A DNA stretch of 64,000 nucleotides from Bacillota bacterium (GTDB lineage: Bacteria > Bacillota > Dethiobacteria > DTU022): NCBI GenBank assembly GCA_016874655.1, contig VGTO01000001.1, positions 2,777 to 66,776 of the forward strand, given 5' to 3'. The position numbers were made by a program, and so were the translations under genes. Every line of letters starts with the position of its first letter. Within the stretch, counting starts at the first letter, position 1. The notes under the pieces were generated by a model. That model ran no database searches, had not been told where the DNA came from, and was given only the letters and a program-made list of their open reading frames with translations. Shown piece after piece: positions 1 to 10,484 of the stretch.

Positions 1-24
1 AGATTCCCTCCCCCTTGAGGGGGG

Positions 25-513
25 ATGGGCGGGGTGGGGGTGAAAAAAGTTTTTTCCAGCAGCTTTAATACGGTTAAAGGTAAATTTACGGTTTTATGGA
101 GCGAAAGAGGAATCTACGAGATATTCTTCCCCGGTTCCGGACCTGCTGAAGAGTATCCGGAGAAAGAGCTGCCCTGGTCGCAGCTGGCCGCTGATTTTGA
201 TCACTATCTGGCCGGCGGGCAGGTATCCTGGTCCGACTACCCACTTGATTGCTGCGATTACGGCACGTTTAGTGCTCGCCTCTTAAAAGCGGTCTGCCTT
301 ATTCCCAGTGGCAAAGTCTGTACTTACCGGCAGATGGCAGAGCAGGCCGGCTCGCCTTTGGCCTGGCGGGCTGCGGGGCAGGCACTGGCCCGGAACCGCC
401 ACCCGATCATTGTTCCCTGTCACCGGGTTGTGGGCAGTAACGGCAAGGCTGGTGGATTCAGCGGACCCGCCGGATGGAAAGAGATGCTGCTTAAACTCGA
501 AGGGGCAAATTGA
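25..513 (+). CDS. ogt: methylated-DNA--protein-cysteine methyltransferase (Ogt/MGMT family); 5' start uncertain near window edge
   Basis: Translated ORF contains the active-site motif IIVPCHRVVGSNG (PCHRV) typical of O6-alkylguanine-DNA alkyltransferases. Confidence 0.75.
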   Translation: MGGVGVKKVFSSSFNTVKGKFTVLWSERGIYEIFFPGSGPAEEYPEKELPWSQLAADFDHYLAGGQVSWSDYPLDCCDYGTFSARLLKAVCLIPSGKVCTYRQMAEQAGSPLAWRAAGQALARNRHPIIVPCHRVVGSNGKAGGFSGPAGWKEMLLKLEGAN

Positions 514-538
514 TTGTTTGGAAGATGAGGTGAAGGTG

Positions 539-1705
539 ATGCGTTACCTTTCCGCGGGCGAATCGCATGGGCCATGCCTGACGGCGATTATCGAAGGATT
601 GCCGGCAGGGCTGAGGCTTTTTACTGAAGACATCAACCGGCAGCTTGAAAGGCGCCAGGGCGGTTACGGTCGCGGCGCCCGAATGAGCATTGAAAAAGAC
701 AGGGTGGAGGTCCTATCAGGCTTGCGCTTTAATGAAACGATCGGCAGCCCCCTGACCCTGCAAATTAAGAACCGTGATTGGGATAATTGGCAGGAATTGA
801 TGTCGCCGGAAGGAAGTGAGCCATCCACCTATAATAAAGTAACCCGCCCCCGTCCGGGGCACGCCGACCTGGCCGCAGGGCTTAAATACAACTATGCGGA
901 CTTGCGGTTGGCGCTTGAGCGTTCCAGTGCCAGGGAAACTGCGATCCGGGTGGCGGTAGGCACTGTCGGGCGTATTCTATTGGAACATTTCGGGATCAGG
1001 TTTTACAGTCATGTAATTCGGATTGGTGATCAAACAGCGGAAATTGAAACGCTTCATTTGCCCGAGCTGTTTGAGATAGTTGAAAGTTCACCGGTTCGCT
1101 GTGCTGACGCGACTGCAGCAAAAAAGATGGTCGCTGCCATTAAGCAGGCCGAGACAGATGGCGATACGCTCGGTGGAGTAATCGAGCTTTTAATAACTGC
1201 CGTTCCTCCAGGTCTTGGCAGCCATGTGCACTGGGACAGACGCTTTGATGGACTGCTGGCCGGGGCGATCATGGCAGTACCGGCGATCAAGGGTGTGGAA
1301 ATCGGTCTCGGCTTTTCTGCTGCAACCCGGCCTGGCTCTGAGGTGCACGACCCGATAGTCAGGAATGCCCGGGGCATCGACCGCCCATCCAATAAGGCCG
1401 GCGGTTTGGAGGGTGGGATTACCAACGGCCAGCCGCTGGTGATCAGAGCGGCGATGAAGCCAATTCCGACCCTGATGAGTGCCTTGCCCAGTGTGGATTG
1501 GGAAACTGGTGCTGCGTCAACAGCTGTGTTGGAGAGATCGGACGTTTGCGCTGTACCGGCTGCAGCTGTAGTGCTTGAAGCGGTTGCTGCCTGGACGTTA
1601 GCGGTAGCATTTATGGAAAAATTTGCCGGCGACTCAATGGAAGAGTTAGACGCAGCTTATCATTATTATCTGGAACAAACCTCAGGACATTTAAATAAGA
1701 GTTAA
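539..1705 (+). CDS. aroC: chorismate synthase
   Basis: ORF track 308..1705 trimmed to the in-frame ATG at 539 (MRYLSAGESHGPCLTAIIEGLPAGL, canonical AroC N-terminus); GAGGTGAAGG RBS upstream; ~389 aa. Confidence 0.9.
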   Translation: MRYLSAGESHGPCLTAIIEGLPAGLRLFTEDINRQLERRQGGYGRGARMSIEKDRVEVLSGLRFNETIGSPLTLQIKNRDWDNWQELMSPEGSEPSTYNKVTRPRPGHADLAAGLKYNYADLRLALERSSARETAIRVAVGTVGRILLEHFGIRFYSHVIRIGDQTAEIETLHLPELFEIVESSPVRCADATAAKKMVAAIKQAETDGDTLGGVIELLITAVPPGLGSHVHWDRRFDGLLAGAIMAVPAIKGVEIGLGFSAATRPGSEVHDPIVRNARGIDRPSNKAGGLEGGITNGQPLVIRAAMKPIPTLMSALPSVDWETGAASTAVLERSDVCAVPAAAVVLEAVAAWTLAVAFMEKFAGDSMEELDAAYHYYLEQTSGHLNKS

Positions 1706-1734
1706 ATATCTATTACATATATCGGGGACAAACC

Positions 1735-2829
1735 TTGGTTAAACGTGAGATAAAAATTAAATCTGCCAATCTGACCTATCGTGTAGTTATCGAAGCAGGT
1801 GTCTTATCTGGCTTAGGTCGGGCTATGCGCCAGCTTTTTCCGTCGACCAAAACTTTCCTGGTTAGCGATACCACTGTTTACAAGCTATATGGTGAAAAAG
1901 TTAAGCAGTCACTCGCTGGTGGAGGGTGGCAGGTATCCGTTGCCCTGATTAAGCCGGGTGAAAGAGCAAAGAGCCTAAAAAATGCAGCCCGTCTCTATGA
2001 TCAGGCCATTAGGGAGGGACTTGACCGCTATTCGCCGCTAATTGCTCTGGGCGGCGGGGTGGTCGGTGACCTGACCGGTTTCGTTGCCGCTACTTACCTA
2101 CGGGGCGTGCCACTGGTAATGATTCCGACTACCCTTTTAGCTCAGGTTGACAGCAGTGTAGGGGGCAAGGTTGCTGTAAACCACACCTGCGGTAAAAACC
2201 TGATCGGTTCAATCTATCCTCCCCGGATTGTGATCATCGATCCTGAAACGCTTAAGACTTTACCGGAACGCCAGCTGAAGGCCGGTTTGGCTGAAGTTTT
2301 GAAATATGGGATAATTGCTGATTCAAATTTTTTCGCCTGGCTCGAGGTAAATTTAGTAGAACTGCTCAAATTTAACATTGCCCTGCTCTCCGATGCGATT
2401 ATGGTCTCAGTGATGAATAAAGCCAGGGTAGTTGAGGCGGATGAGTTTGAAAAAGACTTCCGGCGGATCCTCAATTTTGGCCATACGATCGGTCACGCCC
2501 TGGAAGCGGCGACCGATTACCGGTATTACCTGCATGGCGAAGCGGTTTTAAGCGGCATGCTGGCGGCTGTAAAGCTTTCCTTGAAGCTAAATGGAATCAG
2601 CTTTGAAGATGCAGGTCGGATCGAAAAACTGATTCGGCAAATTGGCCTGAAAAAAGCGCCGGAGGACTTGACCCCGGAAGCGGTAATCGATAAACTAAGG
2701 CAGGATAAAAAACGCCTTGCCGGCGAGATTTTTTTTGTAATGCCTGATAAAGTGGGTTCTGTCTCGCTGAAAGCTCTAAAGGATCAACAGCTGTTGCATG
2801 ATGTGGTGAACTATATCTTGAATGAGTAG
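1735..2829 (+). CDS. aroB: 3-dehydroquinate synthase
   Basis: 364-aa ORF with the AroB glycine-rich NAD-binding region (GGGVVGDLTGFVAATYLRGV) and metal-binding HGEAV; directly follows aroC; TTG start. Confidence 0.85.
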   Translation: MVKREIKIKSANLTYRVVIEAGVLSGLGRAMRQLFPSTKTFLVSDTTVYKLYGEKVKQSLAGGGWQVSVALIKPGERAKSLKNAARLYDQAIREGLDRYSPLIALGGGVVGDLTGFVAATYLRGVPLVMIPTTLLAQVDSSVGGKVAVNHTCGKNLIGSIYPPRIVIIDPETLKTLPERQLKAGLAEVLKYGIIADSNFFAWLEVNLVELLKFNIALLSDAIMVSVMNKARVVEADEFEKDFRRILNFGHTIGHALEAATDYRYYLHGEAVLSGMLAAVKLSLKLNGISFEDAGRIEKLIRQIGLKKAPEDLTPEAVIDKLRQDKKRLAGEIFFVMPDKVGSVSLKALKDQQLLHDVVNYILNE

Positions 2830-2971
2830 CTGTGAAATATTCTGGCCGGGGTAGGATCTGGTTTTGGCAATATGCCGTAAAAGTGGCTTCCACTTTGGAG
2901 GCCCCTTTTACGCTGGTCATAGATGAAGCTAATCTGCTGTAACGGTCGAATGAAATGGAGAGTGGTAAAAA

Positions 2972-4213
2972 ATGAAACCTGCGATCAAACCAGGTCGCCT
3001 GGCCATCCTGCTGGTGCTTTGTCTGCTGATTATGGCTTCTGCTTATTGGGCTTTTCAGAACGCATCGGACAGACAGACAGGGATTAAACGCGGCCTTGAT
3101 ATCGCCGGAGGGCTATATGTTTTACTGGAGGCGGTTGAAACCGGTGATCAGGAATTTGATGAAGATGCCATTGAACGGGCGATCACCGTAATCCGGATGC
3201 GAGTGGATGAGCTGGGTGTAGCCGAGCCCATTATAGCCGCACAGGGAGATAACCGGATCAGAATTGAACTGCCTGACATTGACGATGTTGAGCAAGCCCG
3301 CAGTATTATTGGCAGAACCGCACTGCTCAGGTTTGTTGGTCCTGATGGGATTGAAATAGTTACTGGCTCAAACTTAATAAGGGCCATGGCTGAAAGAAAT
3401 CCACAAATGACCCCCTTCCCCTTTGTATCAATCGAATTTGACTCAGAAGGGGCCAAACTGTTTGGCGATGCAACAGCAAAATTTTTAAACGAGCCGATTG
3501 CTATTGTTCTTGACGACGAGGTTATTTCCAGCCCGGTGGTGAGGGCGGTAATCACTGATGGGCAGGCGGTGATTGAGGGCGATTTTGAAATTGAAGAAGC
3601 AGCTAATTTAGCCCTGCTTTTACGCAGCGGTTCCCTGCCGGTTCAACTGGTTGAGCTTGAATCAAGACTCATTGGGCCAACCCTCGGCCAGCGGACGGAA
3701 GAGGTTGCCGTTTATGCCGCCGGGGCTGGTCTTTTCCTGGTTGTTATTTTTATGATTATCTATTACCGGTTGGCGGGTGTGATCGCCGGTTTTGCTCTTA
3801 TCTTTTACGTGTCGCTGGTGCTCTGGGCTTTAAATTATCTGCCCACGACCCTGACCCTGCCCGGCATTGCCGGTTTAATTCTTTCGATCGGCATGGCGGT
3901 TGACGCAAACGTGATTATCTTTGAAAGGATCAAAGACGAGATGCGTGCGGGCCGCACACCGCGCAGTGCTCTGGAAAGTGGTTTTCAGAGAGCTTTCCGG
4001 GCTATTCTTGATGCCAACGTAACCACTTTGATTGTGACCGTGGTGCTCTTCAGCCTGGCTAGTGGCCCGGTCAGGGGATTTGCTGTAACTCTCTTTATCG
4101 GCATTATCTGCAGCATGTTCACGGCAATTTTTCTGACCCGCCTGCTGATGAGGCTTGCCTTCCAGGCCGGACTGATCCGCAGCGGGGCTTACGTGGGGGT
4201 GAAACTGACATGA
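2972..4213 (+). CDS. secD: protein translocase subunit SecD
   Basis: 413 aa; N-terminal TM segment, large periplasmic domain and C-terminal six-TM block typical of SecD; followed by secF with a 4-nt overlap. Confidence 0.9.
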   Translation: MKPAIKPGRLAILLVLCLLIMASAYWAFQNASDRQTGIKRGLDIAGGLYVLLEAVETGDQEFDEDAIERAITVIRMRVDELGVAEPIIAAQGDNRIRIELPDIDDVEQARSIIGRTALLRFVGPDGIEIVTGSNLIRAMAERNPQMTPFPFVSIEFDSEGAKLFGDATAKFLNEPIAIVLDDEVISSPVVRAVITDGQAVIEGDFEIEEAANLALLLRSGSLPVQLVELESRLIGPTLGQRTEEVAVYAAGAGLFLVVIFMIIYYRLAGVIAGFALIFYVSLVLWALNYLPTTLTLPGIAGLILSIGMAVDANVIIFERIKDEMRAGRTPRSALESGFQRAFRAILDANVTTLIVTVVLFSLASGPVRGFAVTLFIGIICSMFTAIFLTRLLMRLAFQAGLIRSGAYVGVKLT

Positions 4214-5127
4214 TTAATTTTATCGGTAATCGCCGCAAGGCCTATCTACTGTCATCGATACTGGTCGTGGCCAGCCTGGTTTCGCTGGTTCTCTTCGGTC
4301 TCAGCTTAGGCATTGATTTCACCGGGGGCACCGTGTTGCATTTAAACCTCGGCGAAGATTTTTCAATGGAAGAGGTTGAGTCGGTTCTCGCCGAATATGA
4401 AGAACTTGCCGGTGCAACAATCCAGGTAGTTCAGGGACGAGATTTGGATGGAGATCTGGCTGACGAGGGTTTGGTCATCAAGGCTCCCTATATCGAGGAG
4501 GGTCGGCGCAACGAGCTGATGGATAGCTTCAGGAGCCACTGGCCTAATCTTGATCCGGACGATCTGCGCATCGAAAGTGTTGGTGCCGTGGTCGGCGGGG
4601 AGTTAACCCGGCAGGCGCTGCTGTCGCTGGCAGTGGCCACTGTGCTGATGGTGGCCTATATTACTTTTCGATTTGAATTTAAGTTTGCTATCGCTACAAT
4701 TATCTCGCTTCTGCATAATATTGTGATAGTAATTGGGGTCTTTTCAATCCTGCAGATGGAGATTAACTTACCCTTTCTGGCGGCTATTTTAACTATCTTT
4801 GGTTACTCGGTGAACGACACGATCGTAATCATTGACCGGATTCGTGAGAACATCAAGCACAAGAGGAGAAGCGAATATGCTGCTATTGTTAACGAAAGCA
4901 TCAACCAGAACCTGATGCGTTCGATCAATACTTCGCTAACTACACTTTTTGTGCTGATCGCCATGCTCATCGGTTTTTATTACTTTATTGGCAGTGTTGA
5001 CCTGGTCGTTTTCGTCATTGCCCTGATTATCGGGGTGGTGGTCGGCACTTACTCGTCGATCTTCGTTGCCAGCCCGTTGTGGCTTACCCTACAGGATGTT
5101 CAATTCAGGAAGGTAAAGCGGGGATAG
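4210..5127 (+). CDS. secF: protein translocase subunit SecF
   Basis: 305 aa; SecF-like TM topology; translationally coupled to secD. Confidence 0.9.
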   Translation: MINFIGNRRKAYLLSSILVVASLVSLVLFGLSLGIDFTGGTVLHLNLGEDFSMEEVESVLAEYEELAGATIQVVQGRDLDGDLADEGLVIKAPYIEEGRRNELMDSFRSHWPNLDPDDLRIESVGAVVGGELTRQALLSLAVATVLMVAYITFRFEFKFAIATIISLLHNIVIVIGVFSILQMEINLPFLAAILTIFGYSVNDTIVIIDRIRENIKHKRRSEYAAIVNESINQNLMRSINTSLTTLFVLIAMLIGFYYFIGSVDLVVFVIALIIGVVVGTYSSIFVASPLWLTLQDVQFRKVKRG

Positions 5128-5198
5128 TAAACGGAGGGGCAATATGGTTTCATTTTTCAGGATCTTTGGCCTCATCGAAAACCTGGTGAGGATCGCTG

Positions 5199-7640
5199 AT
5201 GAACTTAACTAATCCACTCTGGATCTGGCCTGCCGAGCAGCAGGCACAGGTCCGGAGCCTGGTCCGGGAGGCGAAGATCTCCCCGGCCCTGGCCCGCTTG
5301 CTGATCAACCGGGGCATAGATGATGCCTTGAAAGCACGGGCTTTTTTAAATCCTAATCTAAATGATTTATATTCCCCCTGGTTGATGTGCGGGATGCGTC
5401 AGGCCGTAGCACGAATCCAGGAGGCTCTGCGAAGGGGAGAAATAATCACAGTACACGGTGATTATGACGCTGACGGGATAACAGCAACGGTTATTCTGGT
5501 CGAAGCTTTGCAGGCTCTTGGCGGTACGGTCGGTTATTATTTACCGAGTCGTTTTGATGAAGGTTACGGATTGCACCGCGAGCCTCTTGAGCGGTTCAAA
5601 GAAGAAGGAACCGGTCTGGTGATCACGGTTGACTGTGGAATCAACGCCTTGCCTGAGGTTTCTTTTGCGGCAGAAATCGGTCTGGACTTAATCATCACTG
5701 ATCACCACCAGCAGCTGGTCAAACTTCCGGAATCAGTTACAGTAGTAAATCCCTTGCAGGATGGTTGCTCCTATCCCTTTAAAGGGCTCTCCGGGGCGGG
5801 TATTGCTTTTAAGCTGGCCTGCGCCCTGTTCGAAGAATATCAACAGCCTTTTCCAGAAGCGTTTCTCGATCTGGCTGCTCTTGGAACAGCAGCTGATGTA
5901 GTACCGCTGATTGATGAAAACCGGGTTATTGTAGCTGCCGGTCTGGCTGTGATGAGCAGGCTGGAAAGGATTGGTTTTAGAACCCTCACTGAAGCAGTTA
6001 GCCTTGATCAAAACAAGATCAATAGCACCGCGCTAAGTTTTATCCTAGCGCCGGCCATCAACGCAGCCGGGCGAATGGGAGAAGCAGATCCGGCGGCCAG
6101 GCTGCTACTGGAGAAGGATCCTGCAGTAGCACAGGGGTTGGCAAAGCATTTGCATCAGTTAAATCAGCAGCGCCGCTCCCTGGAGCAGGATATTCTTAGA
6201 GAGTCCACCGCGGCAGCAACTGAATTGCTAAATGAAGCTGACCAGGCTGTTCTTTTGCTGGCTTCAGATCGCTGGCACCATGGTGTGATTGGTATTGTCG
6301 CTTCACGCCTGGCTGAAAAGTTTAAACGGCCGGTGGCGCTGATTGCGGTGGAAGATGATGAAGGCAGGGGTTCGGCCCGCAGTGTGCCGGGTTTTGATAT
6401 TACCGCAGCTCTGGCAGCCCAGGCCGGTCTGCTGATCAGATTCGGCGGGCACGAGCAGGCTGCCGGTTTTACGGTTACGAGAGATAATATTTCTGCCCTG
6501 CGTGAAGCTATTAATGACTATGCCTGTCAACACGAAGAGCTTTGCCAGCTAAAACCAACACTGGAGCTCGAGGTCGAATTAAGCGACGCAGAAATCAATG
6601 ATGACCTTGCTGCCGCTCTGGAGCAGCTTGAGCCCTTTGGCCAGAATAATCCGGAACCGATTTTCGGCAGCCGGCAGTGGCAAGTCTTACAATGGAGGCT
6701 GGTTGGCGCTGACAAGAGGCATCTTAAAGTTGAGGTTAAAAAAGGGAACAGATCTTTTTCGCCGATTTTCTTCTCCGGTGCATCATTTGAACCCAAGCCA
6801 GAGAGTGGCCGGCAGGTAGATCTTGCCTTCAGGTTGAAAGAAGGCCAGTTCAGGGGCGATAAAACGCTTGACCTTATTTTAAAGGCCTTTCGCTACGCAG
6901 ATAGTTTTCAGACAGATCTATTTGATCTGGTAGACAGCCGTGATTGTGCTGACCGAGAGGGTCGCTTAAAGCAATTACTTTACGCAGCCGAGCAGCGACA
7001 AGCTAAAACAATCGTCTTTTGCACTACAAAAGACCGGGCGGGGAAAATTAAACGCTTCACCAGCAATAGCAGCCTGGTGCAAATTATCAGCGGAGGTTTA
7101 TTAAACGGCACAGTTGAGCCTGAAACTGAAGCAGACCAGTTAATCTTTTATGATTTGCCAATCAGTGCAGATCAGGTCAGCTTGCTCTTCGGCAATAACG
7201 CTTTGAGTAATTTTATCGAGGTTCACCTCCTCTATGGCCGTGAAGATCTTGAGGTTAACAAAAAAATGATCGACATGTCTCTTCCATCAGACGAACAGCT
7301 CGAGGCGATCCGGGAAGTGCTTAAATTGACTTCAGTATCTGGCGACGCCGGAGATCTCTCCCGGATTCAAGCCAGCCTGTTTTCCTACCAGACTTTGCCC
7401 CGCTTTTGGGAAAAAGCCGAGCTGATTTTCACCGAATGCGGCCTTCTGCAGCAAGGGCGGTTGTTGGATCCGGCCGGAAAAAAAAGCTCTAAAAAGACAG
7501 AACAGTTTTCTAACTCCCGGACCTATGCTGAGACACAGTACCTGCGTTCAACCAGCGAAGGGTTTCAGCAGCTTCTGCTTGACGGTTCCCTCGAAGAAGT
7601 TGCCACCGCTTTGCACAATCTTTCTTTGTGCAAGTCCTAA
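5199..7640 (+). CDS. recJ: single-stranded-DNA-specific exonuclease RecJ
   Basis: 813 aa; DHH motifs (ITVHGDYDADGITA; DHH at LIITDHHQ) and DHHA1 region (GGHEQAAGF); secDF-recJ-relA synteny as in Bacillus. Confidence 0.85.
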   Translation: MNLTNPLWIWPAEQQAQVRSLVREAKISPALARLLINRGIDDALKARAFLNPNLNDLYSPWLMCGMRQAVARIQEALRRGEIITVHGDYDADGITATVILVEALQALGGTVGYYLPSRFDEGYGLHREPLERFKEEGTGLVITVDCGINALPEVSFAAEIGLDLIITDHHQQLVKLPESVTVVNPLQDGCSYPFKGLSGAGIAFKLACALFEEYQQPFPEAFLDLAALGTAADVVPLIDENRVIVAAGLAVMSRLERIGFRTLTEAVSLDQNKINSTALSFILAPAINAAGRMGEADPAARLLLEKDPAVAQGLAKHLHQLNQQRRSLEQDILRESTAAATELLNEADQAVLLLASDRWHHGVIGIVASRLAEKFKRPVALIAVEDDEGRGSARSVPGFDITAALAAQAGLLIRFGGHEQAAGFTVTRDNISALREAINDYACQHEELCQLKPTLELEVELSDAEINDDLAAALEQLEPFGQNNPEPIFGSRQWQVLQWRLVGADKRHLKVEVKKGNRSFSPIFFSGASFEPKPESGRQVDLAFRLKEGQFRGDKTLDLILKAFRYADSFQTDLFDLVDSRDCADREGRLKQLLYAAEQRQAKTIVFCTTKDRAGKIKRFTSNSSLVQIISGGLLNGTVEPETEADQLIFYDLPISADQVSLLFGNNALSNFIEVHLLYGREDLEVNKKMIDMSLPSDEQLEAIREVLKLTSVSGDAGDLSRIQASLFSYQTLPRFWEKAELIFTECGLLQQGRLLDPAGKKSSKKTEQFSNSRTYAETQYLRSTSEGFQQLLLDGSLEEVATALHNLSLCKS

Positions 7641-7668
7641 TCTATAGTATTTACGGCTTGTTTCTAGT

Positions 7669-9900
7669 ATGATGAATGGTAACTTCGATTTGCCGGGGTC
7701 CTTACATATGGCGGTTAAAGAAAAGAAATTAAGCGATCTAAAAAAAGCAGTTCAGCGCTACTATCCAAAGCTGGAAGATTGGGCCATGGTCGAGAAAGCC
7801 TACAATTTTTCGCAAGAGGCTCACAGCGGCCAGCTGCGTGAATCAGGGGAATCTTACATCATCCACCCGTTGGGCGTAGTGATGATCTTAGCTGAGCTGG
7901 AACTTGATCTAGTGACCATCGTTGCCGGACTGCTGCACGACGTAGTGGAAGACACAGATCTTACGCTTGAAGATATCCGGCGGGAATTTGGCACCGAGGT
8001 TGCTTCACTGGTTGACGGGGTAACCAAATTAAGCCGTCTCGATTTTACATCCAAGGAAGAGCAGCAGGCTGAAACTCTGCGCAAGATGTTTATTGCCATG
8101 GCTCAGGATATTCGGGTTGTAATGATCAAACTGGCTGACCGGACCCATAACCTGCGCACCTTGCGCTACCTCAATACAAACAAGCAAAAAGAAATTGCCC
8201 GTGAAACTTTAGAGATTTATGCACCCCTTGCTCACCGTCTTGGTATCTACATGATTAAATGGGAGCTCGAGGATCTTGCCTTTCGCTATATGCAACCCGA
8301 GGAATATTTTCAGCTGGTGGAAAAACTGGCCAAAAAAAGGCGTGAGCGGGAGCATTTTATAAATCGCATCATCTGGGTGCTGCAGGATCAACTTTCAGAA
8401 GCCAATATCCAGGCGGAAATCCAGGGCCGCCCTAAACATCTTTTCAGCATCTACAATAAAATGAAGACACAGGGTAAGGATTTAAGTGAGATCTACGACC
8501 TGACTGCGGTGAGAATCATTGTTGACTCGATAAAAGACTGCTATCACACGCTTGGCATTGTTCATACGATTTGGAAACCGATCCCCGGTCGTTTTAAAGA
8601 TTTTATTGCGATGCCGAAACCGAACATGTACCAATCACTGCACACCACGGTATTTGCTGCCGAAAACGAGCTGGCTGAAATCCAGATCAGGACCTGGGAT
8701 ATGCACCGAACAGCCGAGTATGGGATTGCTGCGCACTGGCGTTACAAGGAAAAAGTAAAGGATTCCGACGAACTTGACCAGAAGCTGTCCTGGCTGAGGC
8801 AGCTCTTGGAGTGGCAGCATGATTACCGCGATGCCCGTGAATTTATCAAAGATTTAAAGGGGGACCTCTTTACCGACGAAGTATTTGTTTTTACTCCCAA
8901 GGGAGATGTTTTAGACCTGCCCGCCGGTTCGGTCGCCATCGATTTTGCTTATAAGATCCACACCGACGTGGGTAACCGATGCTCCGGGGCCAGGGTTAAC
9001 GGTAGGCTGGTACCCCTGGATTATCAGCTAAAGACCGGTGACATGGTCGAAGTGGTGACCACCAAGAGCGGCTCCCCCAGTCGCGATTGGCTCAATCTGG
9101 TTAAAACCAATCAGGCTAAGAGTAAAATCCGCAGCTGGTTTAAGAAAGAGCGTCGGGAAGAGAATATTGAAAAAGGCAAAGAGATGCTGGAGCGTGAGAT
9201 TCGCAGGGTTAATGTTGAACAGCGCCTGGCGATCAAACAAGACATGCTGGAGGATGTGGGGCGCTCATTCAATCTGTTGTCGGTTGACGATTTGTATGCG
9301 GCTGTTGGCTACGGAGGGGTTTCGATTCACCAGGTGATCAGTCGCCTGCGGGAAGAAAATAACCGCAGAAAAGGCGAAACTGAGGAAGAAGAGGTTTTGC
9401 CTGAGCTCAAACCGGTTAAGCACATTAAATCAGGGCCTGCCGGGGTATCGATCTCTGGAATGGATAACCTGCTGATGCGGGTTGCCCGCTGCTGCAACCC
9501 TGTTCCCGGCGATGATATTGTCGGGTTTATCACCAGAGGGCGGGGGGTGACTGTCCACCGCCGCGATTGTCCTAACCTTGTTCATTACAGCACCGACAAC
9601 GGCCGGTTTATCGGTGCTACCTGGGATAGTATGGTTAAAGCAGCTTACCCGGTTGATGTTGAGGTTTCGGCCAATGACCGTAAAAATTTGCTTTCTGATA
9701 TCATGACTGCAGTTAACGAAAGTAAAATTGATATGACTGCCGTTTCGGCCAAGGCTGATAAAAACCGCATTGCTACCATACATCTGACTATGGTGGTGCG
9801 CGACCAGGATCACTTGGAACAGATCATGAGCAAAATAAAAAAGATCAAAGATGTTTATGCGGTCCGGCGCTATGTCTATGGATCAAGCAACAATAAGTAG
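7669..9900 (+). CDS. relA: bifunctional (p)ppGpp synthetase/hydrolase RelA/SpoT; true start may be the internal ATG at 7708 (MAVKEKK...)
   Basis: 743 aa; HD hydrolase domain (HPLGV...HDVVEDT), synthetase domain, TGS and ACT C-terminal domains. Confidence 0.9.
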   Translation: MMNGNFDLPGSLHMAVKEKKLSDLKKAVQRYYPKLEDWAMVEKAYNFSQEAHSGQLRESGESYIIHPLGVVMILAELELDLVTIVAGLLHDVVEDTDLTLEDIRREFGTEVASLVDGVTKLSRLDFTSKEEQQAETLRKMFIAMAQDIRVVMIKLADRTHNLRTLRYLNTNKQKEIARETLEIYAPLAHRLGIYMIKWELEDLAFRYMQPEEYFQLVEKLAKKRREREHFINRIIWVLQDQLSEANIQAEIQGRPKHLFSIYNKMKTQGKDLSEIYDLTAVRIIVDSIKDCYHTLGIVHTIWKPIPGRFKDFIAMPKPNMYQSLHTTVFAAENELAEIQIRTWDMHRTAEYGIAAHWRYKEKVKDSDELDQKLSWLRQLLEWQHDYRDAREFIKDLKGDLFTDEVFVFTPKGDVLDLPAGSVAIDFAYKIHTDVGNRCSGARVNGRLVPLDYQLKTGDMVEVVTTKSGSPSRDWLNLVKTNQAKSKIRSWFKKERREENIEKGKEMLEREIRRVNVEQRLAIKQDMLEDVGRSFNLLSVDDLYAAVGYGGVSIHQVISRLREENNRRKGETEEEEVLPELKPVKHIKSGPAGVSISGMDNLLMRVARCCNPVPGDDIVGFITRGRGVTVHRRDCPNLVHYSTDNGRFIGATWDSMVKAAYPVDVEVSANDRKNLLSDIMTAVNESKIDMTAVSAKADKNRIATIHLTMVVRDQDHLEQIMSKIKKIKDVYAVRRYVYGSSNNK

Positions 9901-9913
9901 GAGTTAGTCGCAG

Positions 9914-10363
9914 ATGAGAGCAGTTATCCAAAGGGTGCACCGTGCCTTCGTCACCGTTGATAAAACGGAAGTTGGTGCTATTGGACCGGGACTGGTTGTT
10001 TTCTTAGGCATTGGGCGTGGCGATCTGGAAGCCGATGCCGCCTATCTGGCCTCAAAAATAGCGGAGTTAAGGATTTTTGAAGATGATAATGGGTTAATGA
10101 ATCGCTCACTTAAAGACAGCGGTGGAGCGATTCTGGTTATATCGCAGTTTACCCTTTTTGCCGATTGCCGAAAAGGACGGAGACCGGGTTTTTCCGAAGC
10201 TGCCCTGCCAGCTGAGGCGGAAAAGCTTTATGATTTATTTTGTACTTTGATGCGCAAGGAAGGCCTAAAATTATCAACAGGGCGTTTCCAGGCTGAGATG
10301 AGAATCCTGGTTGATAATGACGGGCCGGTGACGATCCTGCTTGACAGCAGGAAACTCTTTTAG
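9914..10363 (+). CDS. dtd: D-aminoacyl-tRNA deacylase
   Basis: 149 aa; MRAVIQRV... N-terminus and the SQFTL motif characteristic of Dtd; follows relA as in Bacillus. Confidence 0.9.
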   Translation: MRAVIQRVHRAFVTVDKTEVGAIGPGLVVFLGIGRGDLEADAAYLASKIAELRIFEDDNGLMNRSLKDSGGAILVISQFTLFADCRKGRRPGFSEAALPAEAEKLYDLFCTLMRKEGLKLSTGRFQAEMRILVDNDGPVTILLDSRKLF

Positions 10364-10484
10364 CTATTATACTTTATCGATTATTCTCAGATTTTAGTTT
10401 AGACTAAATCTCCAATAAGCGTACTGTATTCATAATGATCGATGCTGTTCAGCGCTTATTATTGACAGAAAGCGGAGGTAACAA

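Noticed and set aside
1-30. CCCTCCCCCTTGAGGGGGGATGGG inverted repeat at the window edge
   Set aside because: It is truncated by the window boundary and has no T-run, so it cannot be judged a terminator, and it may overlap the ogt start region.
308-538. 5' extension of the aroC ORF (308..1705) overlapping ogt
   Set aside because: It overlaps the ogt coding frame and has no homology to AroC. The canonical AroC N-terminus (MRYLSAGESHG) starts at 539 with an RBS.
10364-10484. Expected T-box upstream of hisS (as in B. subtilis)
   Set aside because: The 120-nt gap lacks the GGTGGTACCGCG T-box motif and any terminator hairpin, so it is probably a plain promoter region.
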